From assembly GCA_963793425.1 (NCBI GenBank), contig CAWCAG010000005.1, forward strand, positions 672,001 to 736,000: a stretch of DNA of 64,000 nucleotides, written 5' to 3'. The stretch is from an uncultured cyanobacterium (GTDB taxonomy: Bacteria > Cyanobacteriota > Cyanobacteriia > Cyanobacteriales > CAWCAG01). This document shows, one piece after another, positions 60,994 to 64,000 of this stretch. Every line of letters begins with the position of its first letter. The first letter of the stretch is position 1. The position numbers and the translations under genes were made by a program. The notes under the pieces were generated by a model. The model had not been told where the DNA came from. It saw only the letters and a program-made list of their open reading frames with translations, and made no database searches.

Positions 60994-61635
60994 ATGGCTC
61001 CCTCTTCCTCAATTGCTGTAAGAGAAATTCCCCTGTTTCCTCTACCTGACGTAGTTCTTTTTCCTGGGCGTCATCTTCCTCTGCACATCTTTGAATTCCG
61101 TTACAGAATCATGATGAATACAATTCTGGAGAGCGATCGCCGTTTTGGAGTCTTAATGTTTGATCCTGTTAAGGGTCAAATTTCTCCTGTGGGTTGCTGT
61201 GCTGAAATTATTCACTTTCAGCGTCTGCCAGATGACCGTATGAAAATGGTTACTTTAGGACAACAAAGATTTCGTGTTCTAGAGTATGTTAGGGAGAAAC
61301 CTTACCGTACTGGTTTAGTGGAATGGATTGAAGATATTCCTCCAGAAGAAGATCTTAGACCTTTAAGCAAAAAAGTTGAGCAGTTGTTGCGAGATGTGGT
61401 ACATCTTTCAGCTAAATTGACTGAGCAGAAAATTGAACTCCCTGATGACTTGCCAGACTTGCCTACTGAGTTATCCTATTGGGTAGCTAGTAATTTACAT
61501 GGTGTAGCTCCAGAACAGCAAGCTCTTTTAGAGATGCAAAAGACTGCTGAACGCCTGAATAGGGAAGCAGAGATACTTTCCTCTACTCGCAACCATTTAG
61601 CTGCACGTACAGCCCTTAAGGATGCTTTAGAGTAA
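60994..61635 (+). CDS. LON peptidase substrate-binding domain protein
   Basis: PLFPLPDVVLFPG..LPLHIFEFRYR; usual position after rpsJ in cyanobacteria. Confidence 0.92.
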   Translation: MAPSSSIAVREIPLFPLPDVVLFPGRHLPLHIFEFRYRIMMNTILESDRRFGVLMFDPVKGQISPVGCCAEIIHFQRLPDDRMKMVTLGQQRFRVLEYVREKPYRTGLVEWIEDIPPEEDLRPLSKKVEQLLRDVVHLSAKLTEQKIELPDDLPDLPTELSYWVASNLHGVAPEQQALLEMQKTAERLNREAEILSSTRNHLAARTALKDALE

Positions 61636-61651
61636 ATAAATCACTTCTGAA

Positions 61652-62506
61652 TTAAATATTCTTAAGATCGATAGCTAAAAAATCGTAGTGACCAAAAACT
61701 TTCAGTATTTCTGTGTAGCTGGCTAGTTCTAGTAGAGCATCGTGGATAGAATGAGGAGCTAAGTTTGCTTCTAAGTCGATGAAAAATAAGTATTCTCCTA
61801 AAGAGCGTTTAGTAGGGCGAGATTCAATACGACTGAGGTTGATTTGGCGTTCTGCAAACACTTGTAAAGGTTTTACAAGGCTTCCAGGTACATTTGCCGG
61901 GACGCTGAAAGCTAAGGAAGTATGGCTTCCCTTGGTGGTCGGTCTTAAACCCACTACCCAAAAACGAGTACAGTTATCAGGATAGTCGTTAATTTCAGAT
62001 ACTAATATTGGCAAATTGTAAAGCTTTGAAGCCCTCGGTGAGGCGATCGCCCCTGCTGTTTCATCATGGGAGAGGTATTGCAATGCTTCTGTGGTGGAAT
62101 TGGTGGGTACTAACTGAACTAAAGAAAGATGTTTTTCTAACCAAACTTGGCATTGAGTGAGGGCTTGGGGATGGGAGTAAACAGTCTTGATTTTTTCCAG
62201 GGATGAAGCTTGGGAAAGCAAAGTATGGGAGATCGGTAAGATTAAGGCTTGTTGAATTTGTAGCCCCTCTAGTTGCCAGAAGGTATCTAAGGTGGTTGCT
62301 ACACTGCCCCCAATAGAATTTTCGACTGGCACTACTGCAACCTCAGCTTTTCTTTGGGCTACACTCAGCAGACTCTGGGCAATGCTAGGGCAAGGACATA
62401 ATAAAGATTCAGTATTGTATGTTTGATTCAACCACCGGGAATAGCCAATGGCTGCGGTTTCTGCATTCGTCCCAGTTGGCCCTAAATGTGCTATGGATAT
62501 TGCCAT
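61652..62506 (-). CDS. pheA: Prephenate dehydratase
   Basis: LGPTGT, PVENSIGG, SHPQAL, NCTRF, IESRP. Confidence 0.95.
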   Translation of the reverse strand: MAISIAHLGPTGTNAETAAIGYSRWLNQTYNTESLLCPCPSIAQSLLSVAQRKAEVAVVPVENSIGGSVATTLDTFWQLEGLQIQQALILPISHTLLSQASSLEKIKTVYSHPQALTQCQVWLEKHLSLVQLVPTNSTTEALQYLSHDETAGAIASPRASKLYNLPILVSEINDYPDNCTRFWVVGLRPTTKGSHTSLAFSVPANVPGSLVKPLQVFAERQINLSRIESRPTKRSLGEYLFFIDLEANLAPHSIHDALLELASYTEILKVFGHYDFLAIDLKNI

Positions 62507-62703
62507 AAAGTATGAGTTGGTTTTGTTGTTTCCATAAATCTTAGTTTGCCTCTTGCCAATTTTTATAACTAAAGGTGAAGATAATTTTGCCTATCTCAGA
62601 TAGTAAATCTATCTCACTAGGGCTTTATGAAAATATTGGCTATTTTATTAAATAAATGTAAAGTAAAATCTACTAAGAAGCCCAATGAAAAATTTAGATA
62701 CTG

Positions 62704-63297
62704 ATGAGTATAAGTTTTACAGCCTCAGAAAATTTGCAACTAGGTGTAGTAGAAAAGTCTGTTCCTATTAAGCATTACCTGCGCCAACCTCAGCGTTTGG
62801 TTAAGGCGATCGCTAATCCTAAGTTGATGACTCAGCTTGGAAAAGAGCGTTTTGAGTTGAGAATGAATCCTTTGAACTTTATGGAAATGTATCATTTTCA
62901 GCCTGTCGTTGTTCTCAAGGTGTGGTCAAGTTCAAAGGGAACAGTTTATTTAAAGTCAGAGTCTTGTAAAATAGAAGGAAATAACTATATTAATGACCGT
63001 TTTTCCCTTGATGTGACGGGAAAATTGTCTCCTCAAGAGCAGCAAGGAAGAACTTTATTGGTGGGGCGTGCTGATTTGGAAGTTAGAGTTGATTTGCCTC
63101 CCCTACTACAGTTTACGCCGAATATAGTTTTAGAAAAGGCTGGTAACGGTTTATTAAAGAGTGTTTTGTTAAGGATTAAACAAACTATCAAAAGTCAGTT
63201 AATACAAGATTATCAACAGTGGCTTAAGGATAATAGCTCTAGTGAAAATATCTCCAAATCTTCTGATTTATCTATTGTTAAACATTCAACAATTTAA
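62704..63297 (+). CDS. DUF1997 domain protein
   Basis: HYLRQPQRLV...GNGLLKSVLLRIK...DYQQW. Confidence 0.85.
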   Translation: MSISFTASENLQLGVVEKSVPIKHYLRQPQRLVKAIANPKLMTQLGKERFELRMNPLNFMEMYHFQPVVVLKVWSSSKGTVYLKSESCKIEGNNYINDRFSLDVTGKLSPQEQQGRTLLVGRADLEVRVDLPPLLQFTPNIVLEKAGNGLLKSVLLRIKQTIKSQLIQDYQQWLKDNSSSENISKSSDLSIVKHSTI

Positions 63298-63317
63298 GTT
63301 AATCAAATAAGTTTTTA

Positions 63318-64000
63318 TTAAGAAGCTACTGCAAATTGATGAGGATGATTGACTACTAAAGCAGGATTTAAAGAGCTTTGATGCTGTAGCTGTTGTAGAG
63401 GGATTTTAATAATTACTTTGGTTCCTTGTTTAGGTTGTGAATAACAAACTATTTTTCCACCATGTTTTTCTACAACAATAGAATAACTGATTGCTAAACC
63501 CATGCCAGTACCTTTACCAATCGGTTTTGTGGTAAAAAAAGGATTAAACAACTTGTTGACTAAATCTTGTTTAATTCCTATACCGTTATCGGAAATAGCA
63601 ACTTCTAACCAGTTAGAATTGATTAGTTGAGTATGTATCCTAATTTGTGGCTTTTCGGAAATATCATTATCTAAACCAAGCCTTTCTTCTATAGCATCAA
63701 TAGCATTAGCCAAAATGTTCATAAAAACCTGGTTTAATTGCCCTGGATAACACTCCACTGCTGGCAATTGGTCATAATCTCTAATCACTTCAATATTGGC
63801 ATAGCTTTGTTGAGATTTAAGACGATTTTGCAGAATCATTAAAGTATTATTGATACCTTCATGAATATCTACATTTTTAATCTCTGCTTCATCCATATGG
63901 GAAAAATTTCTTAAACTGAGGACAATTTCGCGAATTCGTTCTGCCCCCACTTGCATTGACTTGATGGTTTTAGGTAAATCTTCCACAGCAAAATCTAAAT
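63318..64000 (-). CDS. Sensor histidine kinase, C-terminal HATPase part (5' end outside the window)
   Basis: LNQVFMNILANAIDA (N box), DNGIG (G1), FNPFFTTK (F), GTGMGL (G2). Confidence 0.93.
   Translation of the reverse strand, partial: LDFAVEDLPKTIKSMQVGAERIREIVLSLRNFSHMDEAEIKNVDIHEGINNTLMILQNRLKSQQSYANIEVIRDYDQLPAVECYPGQLNQVFMNILANAIDAIEERLGLDNDISEKPQIRIHTQLINSNWLEVAISDNGIGIKQDLVNKLFNPFFTTKPIGKGTGMGLAISYSIVVEKHGGKIVCYSQPKQGTKVIIKIPLQQLQHQSSLNPALVVNHPHQFAVAS

Noticed and set aside
1..64000. Frequent GCGATCGC palindromes; search for tRNA, rRNA and CRISPR
   Set aside because: GCGATCGC is the well-known HIP1 motif. I saw no tRNA cloverleaf, rRNA or repeat-spacer array by eye; tRNAscan-SE, Infernal and a CRISPR finder would be needed to exclude them formally.

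Overview
Cyanobacterial chromosome segment, judged from frequent HIP1 octamers (GCGATCGC), cyanobacterial gene order and short tandem 7-8-mer repeats. Most of it is housekeeping: cobB/cbiA (partial), secD-secF, pdhB, lysA-cdaA-uppS, rimI-clpC, uvrC, grxC-gshB, murJ, sfsA, bioF, valS, the str cluster (rpsL-rpsG-fusA-tuf-rpsJ), pheA and a partial histidine kinase. Accessory material sits between these genes. (1) 1.25-1.87 kb: a decayed pair of a small ORF and a HEAT-repeat gene, resembling a toxin-immunity cassette. (2) 9.0-10.8 kb: a compact uncharacterised module with a divergent RHH gene, an SH3-like+HTH protein and a 73-aa protein, carrying operator-like inverted repeats, a boxA-like motif and several hairpins. 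(3) After uvrC: an internally deleted IS with perfect TIRs and a 5-bp TSD, followed by a 5'-truncated, multiply frameshifted fused restriction-modification-specificity gene. (4) A 1.5-kaa NACHT/STAND protein with a REase-like domain and 14 WD40 repeats, bracketed by REP-like palindromic elements. (5) Nested MITE/STRR/SDR-like mini-elements. ValRS carries a CAAD (CURT1-like) membrane-anchor insertion. I saw no rRNA, tRNA or CRISPR array. All family assignments come from motif recognition by eye, not database searches.
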